Shown piece after piece: positions 14,557 through 58,674 of a stretch of 64,000 bases of DNA. Within the stretch, counting starts at the first letter, position 1. Every line of letters begins with the position of its first letter. The notes beneath the pieces were generated by a model that saw nothing but the letters and a program-made list of their open reading frames with translations, did no database searches and was not told the origin of the DNA. Position numbers and translations under genes: made by a program. This DNA is from Ophelia neglecta (Eukaryota), in assembly GCA_965285935.1 (NCBI GenBank), contig OZ260663.1, positions 26,660,001-26,724,000 on the forward strand. Direction: 5' to 3'.

Positions 14557-17500
14557 AATTCTAATACATAACGTATTTTGTTATTTTACTTAGCACCTAA
14601 TTTCTGCACATAAAGCAGGGCCTGCCTGACAACTAGGACGGTTTCCAGACTATACAACACCTGGTCAGTGGCTTGAGATATTGACTGACTAGCAAAAGAG
14701 TGTAGTTCATCAGTATGTAAGAGATACTTTTTATCGTCTGGTAAGGCACACACGTGGCCCTCACCACAATACCAATTGCAAACGCTATGCGTAATATCGG
14801 GTCTGGCTAGAATATATTTAATGACCAAGGTGAGTTTATGACACACTGGTTAGTGTCCCGGTCAGTGCGGTTCTATCTGTTTTTCGTCTTTCGCATTCCT
14901 ATATTTAACATCCGCTATGAGTATTTTGGCCACATTTATTGGACAACGTGTAGCACACGATTTACTAAGATAAGGATAGTAAAGGAGCTCCGCCATACTA
15001 AATGATTTATACATACATTACGTAAAATTTCTTATTCGATTAGACATAAACTAAAATTCGAATTGCAGTGAGCTTTAGACAGATCTGTTTTCCAGAAATT
15101 TTGATCACGATGTTTAACTGTTGCAATGAAATGAAAATCATTTGTTGTTTATCTGTTATAAACATGATTTTCCATTGCTGACGGAGTTTGTTGTTTGTTT
15201 GCCTAATATGCATTGCAGATTACATTGCAGAATCATAACAGTCAAATGCTTTATCAATAATCCATGATGTATGGAATTCGAACAAAAAAAATGCATATTC
15301 CAACTTGCTGGCAACCTCGACTTTCTTCTGGATATCACAATCGCTTATCTACAAGGGTTTTCCATCCACCAAATAATGCATTTTGCTTACTAATAGAGCA
15401 ACTGTTTGACGTTTATATGCTCTGTATGATTGGTACATGCTCTGGGTTTGTACTTTTGCCGAAGCCAAACTAGCAAATACAGAACACTGCATACTTCAGA
15501 AAATCTCCATCATAGTTACCATTTGTTAGACATAGTCGACAATTTGCGCAACTTTCTATGTTTTGTTGATGTAGTATTTAGGAAACAAGATCAATGGTAA
15601 TATGTTTTTTGGGTTCCACTTTCCATGTTTTGTTTCTAATAGTGCTAACTTAAACAGAGACTTGCTATCTTTTGTTTTGGAAGACAAAATTGAAGCTAAA
15701 TCTTAATTCATATATTGTTTCAAGAAAAAAGAAACGTTTTTACTCTAGCACTACTAAAATACCTCTATGTGTCATTGTGTTTAGTCCTATATTCTCCTCT
15801 GCGCTAAAATCCGTCAGAAAAGCAAAACGCATTATCAAAATCAGTACAATATCAAATAACATTACGATACGATACTTAATTCCTAGGGTGGTTTATATGC
15901 CATGGGTTTAAGGCAGTGCTATTTTTTATTACCTACAGTTAGCTACATTTACAGGAAAAGGGCTACTTTGATATTTATTTTGTGATGGGCCTACCTTATT
16001 CTTGTATATGGTAAAATTTCCGTTGCTATTTAAACAAATGAACAACACCATAAGCATGCACACCAGGTTTTTTTTCTGAAAGTGCGTGTAGTGAAAGGGC
16101 AAGCAATGATATCTAAACACACACCCCTATGACACCCCTATGGGAGATACTGAGCCATATTGTAGATGTCTTCCAGATACAGCATTAGAGAGGTTATTAC
16201 CACTTTAACACTATAACAATAAAATATTCGTATGTGTTTTGTTTCCATTGGGAAATACGCAATCAACTGTGCTTCCAGGTCTGTCACCGAACGACATCCA
16301 GATAAACAATTTCGCAATTTATGCATCCTATTTTTTTCATGTTTATGCCTTTTCGCTTGCATATGATGGCATGGTGCCATGGACAATGCCCCAATGAACA
16401 ATTTATCTCAAAAATGGTGTTTTTTGTATCATGATTGTCACCAACTAGAATGATTTACAACTAGAAGGATCCATTGCCAGCGCAAAGAGCAATGCCCACC
16501 AATCTAAGCCACGATGAGTTCATTACAGATAAGCAGTATCTTAATATTATTTGAAAGGGTCGTTTATGCACGCTCGAATAGCTAAACAGTATCACCAATA
16601 CCTGGCCAACGCCATGTCTAGTAAATAATAGATTTTACCAGCCTGATACCACCTGATAGACACCCGCCGAATTTCGCTAACTGTATAGTTGGTCAGCGCG
16701 CTTGGTATTTCCAACTCCGAACATTCCTCGTAGAAACATAATCACGCATACTTAAGTAAACTCTGGTGTATCCGTAATATAAAGTACTTGCCACCTTTAT
16801 TCAATAGAGTTCAGTTCTCCCGCTCCAATGCTATAAGCGCCCCAGACTGTACATGGATACAAAATGCTCTTGTTCGTCAATAGCATGATAACTTTGGTAG
16901 ATTGAGAAATATTGATTACAAAGAAAATAACAATAAACCTTGAATGGTAGTTGCACGTTGCCTACTATCTAGTGGGTGTCATTATGTGCATTTTGAATGT
17001 ACACATCTGTTAGTGTACGAGTTTTACTATCCCTCGTCTACGCTTTAAAACGCCTGTATGCCATGCAGCCGTTGGCAATTTTGTAATAATTGAAATAACA
17101 TTGACACAAAATAGAGTTGGACGCATATAGAATGATGAATTTGCTATTTGCTAACTGTTTTATATTTTGTTTAATTATTGACTTGCTAGCAAGTATACTT
17201 TTATTAGAAAATATGCATTGCCTTCCGGGTTTTGTCTTCATAAATACAGTTTCTTCAGTGTCGTGTAGATTTATATTTAGTAATGTCAAGCGGGCATATA
17301 AATTTCAGTGATTATCGTATCTGACTTAAAGGGATATTCTCAGGTCATGCAAACGTTAAGAACCGTTGTATCTACTGCAGTTCGAGACCAAACTTACCCC
17401 AAGAGCTGAAGGGCATACAACATATGATACCACAGTTTGGTTTCAGGCCTGGTCTGCGGCATTATGTTGACAAATAGCATTCACCTCAAAGCGCATGACC

Positions 17501-20500
17501 AGGAAAGAAGAAATCAAAAGATCAGCTGTATACAGTGTACAACACGTGTATAAACAAGGTCGGTTCTTCTAGTGGCATCTCAAATTCCCAACACAATGAA
17601 GAGTTCTTCCCAGACAAACAAGGCAGGAGAGTTACATTTATGAAACACAATAAACAGACGAGGGCATCAAGCCTGGCGAGGTTACGCCTTGAGAAAACAG
17701 TCTCACAATTATCAGAGAGCTAGAACCATCTTATATACTCTCTCCTAGGACTTATTTAATGTTGGTTTTAAGCTGACAAGCTATTTGTTTTTATTGTTGG
17801 TTTGGCTGCTCCGATTCCAATCTTGGAAGATTATCGACTACATGTACTTTCCTTTGCAAGTGATATCAACTTTTTGGATATTACCAATGTTGTTACAAGC
17901 CTGCTCACAGTTACGGAGATAGGAGCTGGAGTGTGTCAGCCTGCACCTAACGGTTACTGATGATTTGGGACCGATTTAATCTAGTATTTCTTATTAATTA
18001 TTTTGTTTTGCGTAAACAGTGAACTTGTGGTCCGAGTGAATGGCTCGGTAAAATCGGAATCTTTGTATATAAGAAAGTTGATTAACACGTTTAAAATTAA
18101 CTTGAGTTTGTTAATTTTGAAATGAACCAACATTTTTAATAAATGCTGAATATTTGAGACATTAAACACTGCATTTAAAAAAGCATACATGAAACTTTGC
18201 TTAAAACAGGAAACATTAGGCCAGCTTTAATTAAAGCCAGTCCTCTAATCCTTGGCATGTAGTCAGAGTCTATTTGTGGTTGGGTTCGATCTCTCACAGC
18301 AAGACGTCTGCTTGCTAGGGTCCAGGTTCAGTGTCTCGACAATACAAACCTTACTGGTATCAAAAATATACTACATGTATTTATTTACGTGTTTCAGCCC
18401 AATCACCAATGGCACTGTTTGCTTTCGAATTTGAAAACCAACAGGATGGTGGCAGATTCATGATTAAACGAATAGAAAATTGATACAATTCACATATCAC
18501 TGGCCAAGAAATTAGTCTAGATGAAATTTGATATTTGAAACTCGGTTCTTCGAGAACATAGCTCAAATATATATATTGCATGCTCAAGTAGAACATGTCG
18601 TGGTATATATAAAACCCAATAACGCAGGATAAAAAGCATGACATAGCGGCGCCATGGTTGTAGTTTTGTTGCAATACGTGGCTCAAGGCACGTTATTTCC
18701 TGTCTGGCGATCTTTATATCTGTTCAGACAGTTCGGGCAATATTTCAAATTTCATGTTAATCCTGGCACCGTTCTTGACTCTGGGTTTGGCGTATCTAAT
18801 TGAGTGGGCATACATGACACATTCAATATTAAAGAGTCCTGGAATATAACAATAGACTACTGTAAAATTAGCATGCAAACAAGTGAATACTTCGATAAAG
18901 GTGAGAAGGATAGCGAGGGAGGGGGAAGGGGAGTGCAGGGGGAGCCTTGTGTTCCATTTCCCTATTAAACAATATTCAAACAAACTCCAATTGTAGTTTC
19001 CAAACGCTGTGCATGCTACATATTCCAGAATCCATTTTTTTCTGCTTCACAAGAGAGATTAACCTTCAAAGACGCAGATAGACAAAAACAATGCAGACGT
19101 CATCAAAAGGAAAGCTGTTTCTGATTAGTACAACATTGAAATAATTTGCATCTATGTATGGTAACCGAGTGAGCAAATCATGAAGATACCAGTGTGCCAG
19201 GTCACCCTAAGGAAGGTATACGACTATGTCTATGCCATGGTAGTGTTGTATAAATTGAGGATGACAGGCATATGGTCAAACAATCTTTGGATAGGTTCCT
19301 TAATAGCCACAGACTTTTACCCTAAGCAATTGTAATTGGTTTACGAACATTTAATGGTTTTAAACCTATTACCGCCATATCGCTACCACCTCAAATTGAC
19401 ATAAAGACACGTGTTTAATAGGTCACTGTGGGACATGTCCCTCCTGTTATCATTCGTCGACTGAGGTGGCATTCAGTTCATGTTTTCCCAATTTGTTGCC
19501 ATAAACTGTTTTGGAGATGGCAGGAGCTAAATATAAATCACATTAATTATGTCCAATGGATGTTTATACCTACCAGAAACGCTCAAACCAATCCCATTTC
19601 AGTATTGCTTTTTGTCGGAGAAAATGACGCGTTTGCTTGTTTTATTACTTGAACGTATCTGATTTATTATACTGCGGCTGTTTGTTTCAATTACGATCAA
19701 CATAAAGCTGGCAATTTAGTCTGTAAGTGTTTATGTTTTAGGAGCGTTATAAATCATCATATTCGTATTGCTTGGAAATAAAATCGCCCGGTCTCCCACT
19801 ATAATCACTATTCATTTTTTCATACAGCTTTTCATTGTGCTACATATGAACTGTCAACATTTTTAGCTATACTTTGAACTTATATCGGGTACAAGGCACG
19901 GTTCCTATCAGGCTGGGCCAGGTTTTTCATTGATATACATCATTGTTGTGCAGCTCTCTGGTGTTTTTTGTTCACACTTAATTCTGGAAATTACATTTAG
20001 CTTAGTTAGTTCCATTTCCGAAAGTAAGGTACGCTAGCTCGATAACATAACAAACCACGCAGCCTCTTCTCATAACACTAATTCAAATTTGCAGTGCGAG
20101 TTAAAGTCCGCTTAAACGTTAATTTATATCTGTCTGATGCATTGGAAACATGCATGAAATATAAATTTTAAACTATAAGGATATGCCATGTAATGTGGTA
20201 ACACTTGTAATGTAGGATTAGAAAACGGGGAAAACCAATTGAGTGGGTCCTGTGGGTCACTATACACACCATTTATATTCTGCACAGGGTAGGTGTGACA
20301 GGTTCGAGAAATAAGTACCATTCAATCCCGGCTGGTTACCAATTAACTTCTGTACCAACTTGTCAACTGTACAACAGGGGGCTCAAATACTGTAACTCAA
20401 ACGTCTGGTAGGAGAAGGGAGTCCCATGCTGGCCCAGGCACCGTTTTGCATTAAGTGTCATATGCGACAGATGTTACATAATCATTGCACAATTCTATTT

Positions 20501-22645
20501 ACTTCTTTGGGACCTTGCACGTAACGAACTGAGTTTGACCTTCCCCTTCAAATGTGCGGACTCACTGCAGGAACATATAAATAGCAGACGATATACTTAT
20601 AGGATCAATGATTATTAGACATAAACCTTAATACAAACAATAGATTTTTATATTTTAATATGAATTATGTGGATTATCCATAGCACATTGACAATTTTTG
20701 TTTTTTAATTGAATTCGTTTTGGGTTTTGCTCTAAATCTTATTTATATGCATGCATGTCTGTTTTTTGCCGTGTGCGTTTTGAGCGGATCAGAGTAGTTG
20801 TTCCTCTTCATTGGAAAGGTAAATGAGTATTGCGATGGAGGATAAGTTCTCTTCACTCTTCAAAAGCTACGAGCCTTTCTATCAAATAGACTTTGCAATT
20901 AAAGATGTGACGATAAATTACCGGAAGTATATTAAAAAATCAACGCCAGAGGGTTGGTAACTTAGGTCGAGGCGAAATGCTACTATCACTAGTAGTATAA
21001 CTCTCGGTTTGGTTAATGTGAAATATCAAATACCAATACAACTATCTACTTCTAGTAAATTTACTCAAGCTAGTGTTTAGGTCTACATTGCGAGCCTTTT
21101 ATCTAATCCGGGGTTCGAGTAATAAACACCAGTTTGTTCGCCAGCTATACCTTGAGTACAGACTAGTCTCTACCAGACAGGTGATTTATTTATACTTTTA
21201 ATTTCGTTTACAATTGGGTTCCCGCCTAACCTTCTGTGATACCTTTCAGAAGTCGTTGTGAGCCCTGGATTTTCATTCGATCAGTGATCTATCATCAACG
21301 ATGAAATGGCATATTAGCCGAATATTCTAAACAAAAACTTTTTGTGAATAGGAACATTACACAAAGCCTAACTTACTAGGCCCTATATAGTTTCTACCTG
21401 AAATTTGGTCGCTGATTTATACTCTCTAGTCCTTGAAAGTGATTCCATACATAAACAACGGCTAGTAAGCGAAATTTTCGCGAGTTGGATATTATCGCCT
21501 GATAATGGCAATATTTTCCAGCTTACGAAACCTTTATGGTTTCCTGTATGCAGTGATTAGTCCTAGTGTTTAAGTGTCTATCAATGAGAGGTCGCGTGTT
21601 CACACTTCCGCATAAGCATGCGCACTTTAACAACAATATGCAAACCGTTAACATGCAGAGGAGAAATTGCTAAGACTGACAAACCAGCCCAGTCAGACCC
21701 GGGCTTTGCTGTCCATCTCCCGGGGTGGGGACTGTAGGCGGTGTCGGGGCCTCACCTCCTATCAGATTAATGACCATGATTTGGGCAGTTATTTATTAAA
21801 TAGTGGCATGCGATTGGACAGCTCTTGTCAGTTTATGTGGCTGGTCCTAAGTAACTAGGTGTACCTCACAGCCGCCGGCTCACAGCATAGAGTGCAGAAG
21901 AGTCAAAAGATATGCTATTGATTGAAACCCTCCTTTACTCATCTGCTCTCGTTGTTGAAAGCTTTTCGTGTCTATACACCTATATATTCTAGCAGATAGG
22001 GTAGCTCTGCTGCATTTTCTAAAGCACGTGTGTGAGTCTGCTGGGCAGATGTTTCTTCTAGTCAACCTTTCCCCGGTAGTTCCAGCCTGGTTTGTTTAAG
22101 GTTTTTTGCAGATGAATAAAGCCATCATGTGCCAGATTGATATTTGACGTAACATCAGATCTGCCTTTTAGTTTTACCTTGTGTAAACAGTTGGCACTCG
22201 GCAAGGCACTTCGAGAGGTGTAAACTGGACGAGCTCAGCAGAGGGCGCTGATGTATCGCGTCATTAACTACTAATCGTAGACGCCTCCCATAGAAATGCG
22301 AGACATTTCTTTTTTCTGCATACCCTGTGGCGATATATGTTTAGGATAAACTATTTCATCTATCCCCTCTTGACATGGGAACGAACTTTGATATTTTGTG
22401 TATCAAACTGTAAAGTAATCAATCGTCAGTCAAACTTGACACTAGTTACGGCACATTTTGCTAACGTTCGGACGTTCTCACCTTCAAAGATACGGAAAAT
22501 CTGCCTATTCAAATAAAACTATATGTATCTATATATTACAAATTCCTTGCCTGATATGGCTAGCATTTAATCAATACATAGTTTAATGTAAAACCTACGT
22601 GAATTGATGAATAACTGAGGATTAGGTGGCAAGACTGAAAGGTAG

Positions 22646-22775
22646 AAATGGACTAGTCCCATGCTATGGGACAGATTAAGAATGGACTGGTCCCTTGCTT
22701 AGACGGAACAGGCCAATAACGGACTGGTTCCCTGCTACGGGGCAGGTTAAAAACGAACTGGTTCCCTGTACGGGG
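22646..22775. repeat. degenerate tandem repeat, ~35-bp unit, ~4 copies
   Basis: recurring AA(T/C)G(G/A)ACT(A/G)GT(T)CCC..GCTA.GGG.CAG. Confidence 0.7.
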
Positions 22776-23819
22776 TCTTTCCAGCATCAATCACTAGTAG
22801 TAAGTCTTATCTGACCCGTGGACTATGTAAACCTCCGAAAGTATCGGCCCAGCAGGCTCCAAATTGATTGTGGAAGATCTAGTAGTATGGTATGAGATGA
22901 CCAGGGGGCAGTTCAATCCATGAATTCCAGCAGGCTGTCCGGTTAATGTCAATCTATGAACTTAAAGTCGTTCAGGTCATGCTTTCATATTTGTCATATT
23001 TTGATAGATACTAACGTATGGCATGCCACAGAACATGCGCTCGTTTTTGTCTAATAAACATACTTTTACTGTGACACAGATGTTGATTTATGACAACTCA
23101 TTAGCATCGGGTTAATTGGATTGTTACAATAGATGTGTGTCTCTCGACCTAGCAGCCTATAATCATTATTATAGTATGCCAGTGCACCGCCATAAGATCC
23201 GGACGGCAACATACTGAATATGTAAATCCAAGATATCCAGCTTTCTCAAAAAAGGTAACAGTTAGGGCTCCGTTCTGCAGCATCAATTAATCGAAATGCG
23301 ATTTATATATACAGGTTGTAACTAAAATAATACAGTATCGTTGTAGTGATTAAAGTCTGTCCGTTCGTTACGTTCCCTTTGAAATGGTAAACTTATAGTT
23401 ACAAGACATAGTGGTCAAGAGTGGACATCAAAACACCTTAACCCTGGTTTCCAATAATATATTATATAATTGCAGTACAGGCCCTCGTATCCGAACCCGG
23501 TATATCCGAACATTCGGCTAATCGGAGCGAAATCGATGGAGGAAAATCGATGTCCCCGAAAAATTAGCTCATTTTGCTCTAATATCCCAGAAAACCTCAG
23601 AAATTACGACTTTTTAGACGTACACTGATATGATATACCAAAATTGCTGAGATATTGTATCAAAAATATTATATAGCCTATACCAAGCTTATAACCTATC
23701 TGCGGTGCATGCGTATTAAAGGAAACTGGCGCACGAAAAGAAAGAAACTAAACTATGTAAATAATCTAGCTTCTGTCGCCACAACGCTATATCGTCTAAG
23801 AATGTATCGAATATTTCAC

Positions 23820-24350
23820 ACTTTTGATATGTCTACCTGAAAATTGATCTATACTTGGTTTGTTTTTATTGTTTCCTGGCTTGGTTTTTTTGGCGGAGCC
23901 TGCTTACGATATATATTTTTTCTCTGTATGACTCCGTCTATTCACTTCCACTCAGCAGCTTGTAAAAGAGTAACTCGGCGTGGGAGTAAATCTGAAATAC
24001 CGCCGTATGAGATCCGGTGATATAGAACCAAATCTGCGATCCTGTGGAGTAAAAATGGAAAACCAGGAGACAAAAATGACTCAAATAATAACAATAACGG
24101 CTCAGAGAATGGCAGGGAGTCTCAACTGAGGCTCACTGAACTTAAAAACAGTGTGAAGATGATAGGCTAAAACTAGTGTGGTATGTAGCCACATCAATCC
24201 TAGTCTTGTACCTTAAATGTCATAGACTCGCCTGATCGAAATGTACCAGGAGGAGGTGATAGTTCAGACGCCAGTTTTACGCCAGTCAATCGACGAATAC
24301 TTGCCTTATCGACCACTCCTTCAGTACAAGGAAGATTTACTATGCAGTCG
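23820..24350 (+). mobile_element. decayed 5' part of a CR1/L2-type LINE ORF1 with a 2A-like motif relic
   Basis: MRSGDIEPN at 24007-24033, followed by disrupted coiled-coil-like peptides. Confidence 0.4.
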
Positions 24351-26860
24351 AATCCCTCGTTCAGATTCCACACTCATGCATTAATAACAATATTATTATT
24401 TATAGGTCGTTGTGAAAACACGATTCATAACTGTTATTATAAATCAGTTTGATTGTTTGTGCTCTTATTACATCAATGGATCGTGCGCACAGTGCAAAAG
24501 AATAAAAGTATCTCCAATCGTAAAAGAACACGTGCCTTTAATTGCATTATAATGATTTAAAGATGAAAACTACAAATCATAAGACTATAATTTGTTATGA
24601 TGGGAACAATTTACAATTGCTTTAGGCGAAAGGCTGTTTACTGCTATAGACATTTTCTAATGTAATTAACCTAGAACATTTAAAAAGTATCAAATAATAG
24701 GTTTTTCCGACAGACAAAAACAAGTATCATTATTTTGTCACCATAAACATTAAAGCGATCAAGTTCTTACGGTATATTATATGCAGTATATGAAATTTAA
24801 CACTGAATATAATAAGCCATGTCAAAACGGTTAGTGAAGGAAAAATTACCTCTTTAAATAGGGTGTGCAATACAGTGTGATTTGTAAATAAGTCGGTCCA
24901 ATGTCATGATTTACTGTTGTCTAATTAGTGACTCATATTTCATAACATAAACGTGCCTATAATGCTATTATCTGATTGCAGAGTTTTTTGAAGAAGAGAT
25001 AGAAAGACAAATTTGTCCTGAAGTAGCGCCGGGAGAGGATGATTTATTAGGTAAGAAAAACACAGCAACATGTTCACAATCGCCTTTTTGTTTTTGGTCA
25101 CATGTTTCAGAAGACAAAAAAGAAGCATGTAATTTTAATAGTTTTAAATGGCGGTTACTTCTGTCTAGACGTTTATTATTAACTGTTTACATAATAAAGA
25201 ACAATGATAAGTTTAGTTCAACCATTTTTCCCTTTTCTCCACTGACGGTTAAATGGGATGTGGTGGGGGGCTTTTTTATCGAGGTGTTGAGTGTCTCTCC
25301 GTCCCCAATGAGTAGGCATTGGGAATCGCCACCCCACTCCACCCCCTCAGACCTATCCAACCCTCTGGCTTGGGACACCCCCCTCCCTACACCTCGGAAG
25401 TGAGAGATGACCCCCCCCCCCCCTAGTCTGGTTTTCCTACAGCCGCCCCAGTTATCAGTTGACAAGCCATTTTGCATGAAGTATTTTTAAACCACTTACC
25501 TACAATACCCCTATTGAGAAAAGTGACTGTTACATAAATAATTGGACTTTGAAGACTAATTTAACGCATCCTAAACTACAATAATAACCGTAATTTGATA
25601 GGTTAATTGAATGCCAGCCCCTCAAAAGAGCTGACGAAGTTAGACTCATTATAGTAAAATTGTCATTTTTTGGTGTATTCTTTTATAAATAAAAAGGATT
25701 TTTTCATTTGTTCAAAAACCGTTAATGTACTTGTTCTGAAATATATTACTGCTATTTATCAGGTACAAAACAAAATACCTCCCAGAAAATAAATCTTTAT
25801 GACACCTCATATCAGCTCTCTCAGGAGAGGTTTTTACAGCAGGCTGCTTTGAGATCGTGAGGAGTTACTGTACACACTAGGTTAATTTTCGTGTGACGAA
25901 AATATTCTGGGTCCCTGCTTATCTACCATAATTTAATATATATTCAAGGTTTTCTTTGTTTTATAGCTCAATGAATATATCTGGAATCAACTGAAATTGG
26001 CCGATAACAAAACAAAGCTTACTTGCTGTTTTAATTGTGGGTTTGAATTTTTACTTTTAATTACTTTGTGATCCTCAGAGTTCGTTCGGTGAAAACGTTT
26101 AAATTCTCATGGACAATACCCAACTGGTGTTATGGGGGAATTATCAGAACCAGACACATTGCCGTATCAGTCGATATTTAAGTCACTGAGGTAGTATGTG
26201 TTGCTCAAAACAGACTCAGTCCACATGGTCGTTTAGCGGCTTTCTTAATTGCATTGTGCCAAGATTAACATGTTCTTGATTTAAGCAAACTGGGCCGTTC
26301 TTAATTTCAGGTTCAAACATTTCACTAGGCATTCAAATAGATCATTAATTTTATCAACAGCATTATCACAATTTTATGCAAACTTAGGAAGATGTATACG
26401 AACCCCCCTCCCCCCCCCCCCCATTGACCCAATTACCAACCAGGAACACTCTGATAGAGGCCAGGAAACATGAAAGTAGCAAGTACACTTTATCTGTGTG
26501 AAATGTAGGCCTAGATAAGAGATTGTCTCTGCTAGTACAAGACCAAAGAAAGCCCCTGGTCCCTGGTCAAGATACTTCAGTACTTCACCCCATTACAAAG
26601 TTCCCAGGGTCTATTTAACTAACCATCGCAGTAGATTCACAGTAAACGAACGACACAGTTTCTGATGTTGGTCTGGCTAACACAGTCGCCCGCCGGAGCT
26701 GTTACCCCCTCGGGGGTACCTCTGTCTCCGGGGACAATATTGCCCATCCCCGCTAGCACCTCGCCCATCCCTCGAGAAACAGTCCCAGACAGAGATACAC
26801 AAAAGCCTGGAAATGATGGAAAATTCATATTACCGTTATCTTTTTTGCTTACTTGTTCAG

Positions 26861-55907
<29,047 letters not shown>

Positions 55908-58260
55908 CTTAACAACCTTCCGGACGGCGCCATCGCGTCGCCCAAAGGCGGTCATCCGACGTTCATCTTAAAAACCACATCCGATCACCGTGTTGCTTGT
56001 CATTATGAGCATTCTTTGCATTAAGTCGTTAATCCCTTATATTACACTCGCCCCATTGTTTTACTGGATTTTATTAGTTATCAAAACATCTAACCACTCA
56101 AATTTTATTGACCCTTTCTAAAAGTTTGTTTTTTCTCGTATGCTTCATGATATTCAAAATAGAAAACAGATAGTTAGATCAAGGCATAGCTTATTTGTAA
56201 TGATGTCATTCGTCAAGAATACCATCATTATATTTCTTTGAACAATCCCTAATAGTACTAGATGCGATCAATGCAAAAGGATTAACGATACTGACAGTTT
56301 AATGATCACACAAGCAACACCCCGTCAGCCGTTGGTTCGCGACTTTAGTTCAAGGTCCTATACATATAGTTAATAGTTTATGTAGAAAGCTTGTTTATGC
56401 ATATCTTAGACAACTTAAACAACTAGTAAGAATCGCCATTACTAACTTGCTTTGGAATTTGATGCTCTTTGCACGGCAAAACTGCGATAGTTATTAAAGT
56501 AAGAATGCGCTTTATTTCGCTTTGCACGATTATTTTTATGCACGCAAATTGCTTATTTTTGCATCATTTCTACCTCAGTGTCATAATGCCATGACAACTC
56601 ATGTGATTGAGACGTCGGATTCATCGGCCAATGAGAACGTAACTCTCCTTGCGCATGCGGAGCTTTTTAATGTGTTGCTATCACAATGATAAAAGGTTGC
56701 ATGACCAGACTCTCTTGTACAGCACCTTAGAAACTTTTGTTGTCGTCCATCTGTGATTAAAAAAGCTGATGAGTAATCATTAGTTATTGCCATAAGGTTG
56801 CGTCTGTGTGCGGCAAGCCTAGAATCAGGCCTGCCAAGTCTATGCACATATGTTTGTAATATGAATGTTCTATCAACATCATATGTACAGTTTATATATG
56901 ACAATATCTTTCACCTTCTTGATGTAGCATGATCTTTTCCCTACTTTCTATAAGGCTTCATATTTACTGTTGTCTACAGTGAGCCAGTTTTTGATAAGAA
57001 TATAAATGTGTATTTGTAGTATATTGGGTTTCAGCCCTGACTATGCTATGTGGTCGTTGTAGAGTGCATGGTCAGTCGTATCACTGTGCTTCCTGCTCGG
57101 ACTTCTTAAATCAATGATGAAATAATGTATATTTGAAAATTGATTTGCATGCCTATAAATTCTTTATTTAGTTTTAACATAATACATGTATATAATTATA
57201 AATACGGTATGCGATCTGAGCTAAAGTCAAGGTGTACCGAATGATGTGCTTTTGGTCATACCGTTGCCGTGTCGCTTGGCACACTCTCAACGTATCTGAT
57301 TGGTTGTTTTGTTCTTGAGGCCTCGTGGCCCATTATTGGGAAGGTAGTGGCTCACTGCTACAATATGACACCTTTTATGGTTCATATGATTTCCAAGTGA
57401 AAATTGAGGCATACAAAAATGAATTGCCAAGCAGTATTGTAGAGACAATAGAACCCGGCGTTATATCAATGCACTTGGCAATATTTGTAATACAGAAGGT
57501 AAGACTAGGTAAATGTATCTATTACTACTTGTCGGTGCTGAGGAAATAAAATCATTTGTATAAACCCATTGAAGTGCACGGGCTATCCAGTTAGTATTCC
57601 GCAACTTTGTTCTTATTTTTGTGAAGAGTCAATTAGGCTGCCATTTGACGCTTGAACTGAGTATGTGTTTTTAAAGTGTGTCTATAGAAAAGAACAATTA
57701 CAAAGCTAGGATAAAGAGTTCTTTTCCGATGTCTAGATTTATTAGTTGTGTAATTTTTCTCGTCTTTTGGCCTTCTCTCGGTTGAATGTATCGTTTTGCT
57801 TCAATAAAAATAACCCCGAAGTATTTGTAAACAACCATAACTCTTGCAATCCAAGTGCCCAGCTTAAAGCTGTGTTTCCAATGGATCTCATGAACGGAAA
57901 CCTAAATGTAATTTTGGCACATTTATTCCTAATCAAGCTGTAGGAAAAAAGAAAAGAGTTCATAGTATGCCTCCATTTTATAATGGTAAGAATGTGTAGA
58001 CAATGACTTAGTATGTTTTACTGTGTTAATCCATGAGTGGCTTTCAGCCACAATATAAATGATGGCAGATTTCTAAATGCTCATCCATTTGATATTTCAA
58101 TTTCCTTATTAATGCAATTATTTATTTAGATACTATACTGAGTTACTCAAAGGATAATGCAACTTATATACGATGTTGTTTGCTGGCTTGCCATCGTCTA
58201 GGACAAGAATACTCTTATTATTCGATTATCATCTGACAACATTTATCAGCACTTTGTAAG

Positions 58261-58271
58261 AATAAAATAAA
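58261..58271 (+). promoter_or_regulatory. candidate poly(A) signal of the collagen gene (overlapping AATAAA x2)
   Basis: AATAAAATAAA followed by T/G-rich sequence about 2.3 kb after the stop; other AATAAA sites occur nearby. Confidence 0.35.
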
Positions 58272-58674
58272 GTTGACACATACGTACATGACCTGATATT
58301 AGTTTGTTTACATGCGCTCTGTCAATATGGTCCTTATTAATGAACATTAATATGTGAATAAAGGATCGTGAAAAATGTTTATAGCTGTTTAAAATTTATA
58401 TTCCTTTAATGAACATCAGAGAAGTAAACAACGCATCCTATTGATATTCTGTTCCCCTGCAGCAATGGTATTGAATATAGCTAATGATGTTGAAGGGCCA
58501 ATGATGAATGTCAATCAGAAATAAAACAAACGTCACAATCTGGAAGATAATACACAACTCTGTGTTTACAAGAATCTTAATGATGCCAATAAGTGTGCTG
58601 GAGTTAATTTGTAAATGTGGACCAAACGAACAATTCACATAACGTTATAACAATTCGACTATGTGTTGGGAATC

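Noticed and set aside
21065-21125. tRNA-like A/B boxes (GGGGTTCGAGT); similar at ~18280
   Set aside because: No cloverleaf can be formed; at most decayed SINE heads, too weak to call.
26665-26860. Open frame running into the first TSPN exon (MLVWLTQSP...)
   Set aside because: No signal peptide or conserved Cys spacing, and a clear pyrimidine tract plus AG acceptor at 26860 indicates intron.
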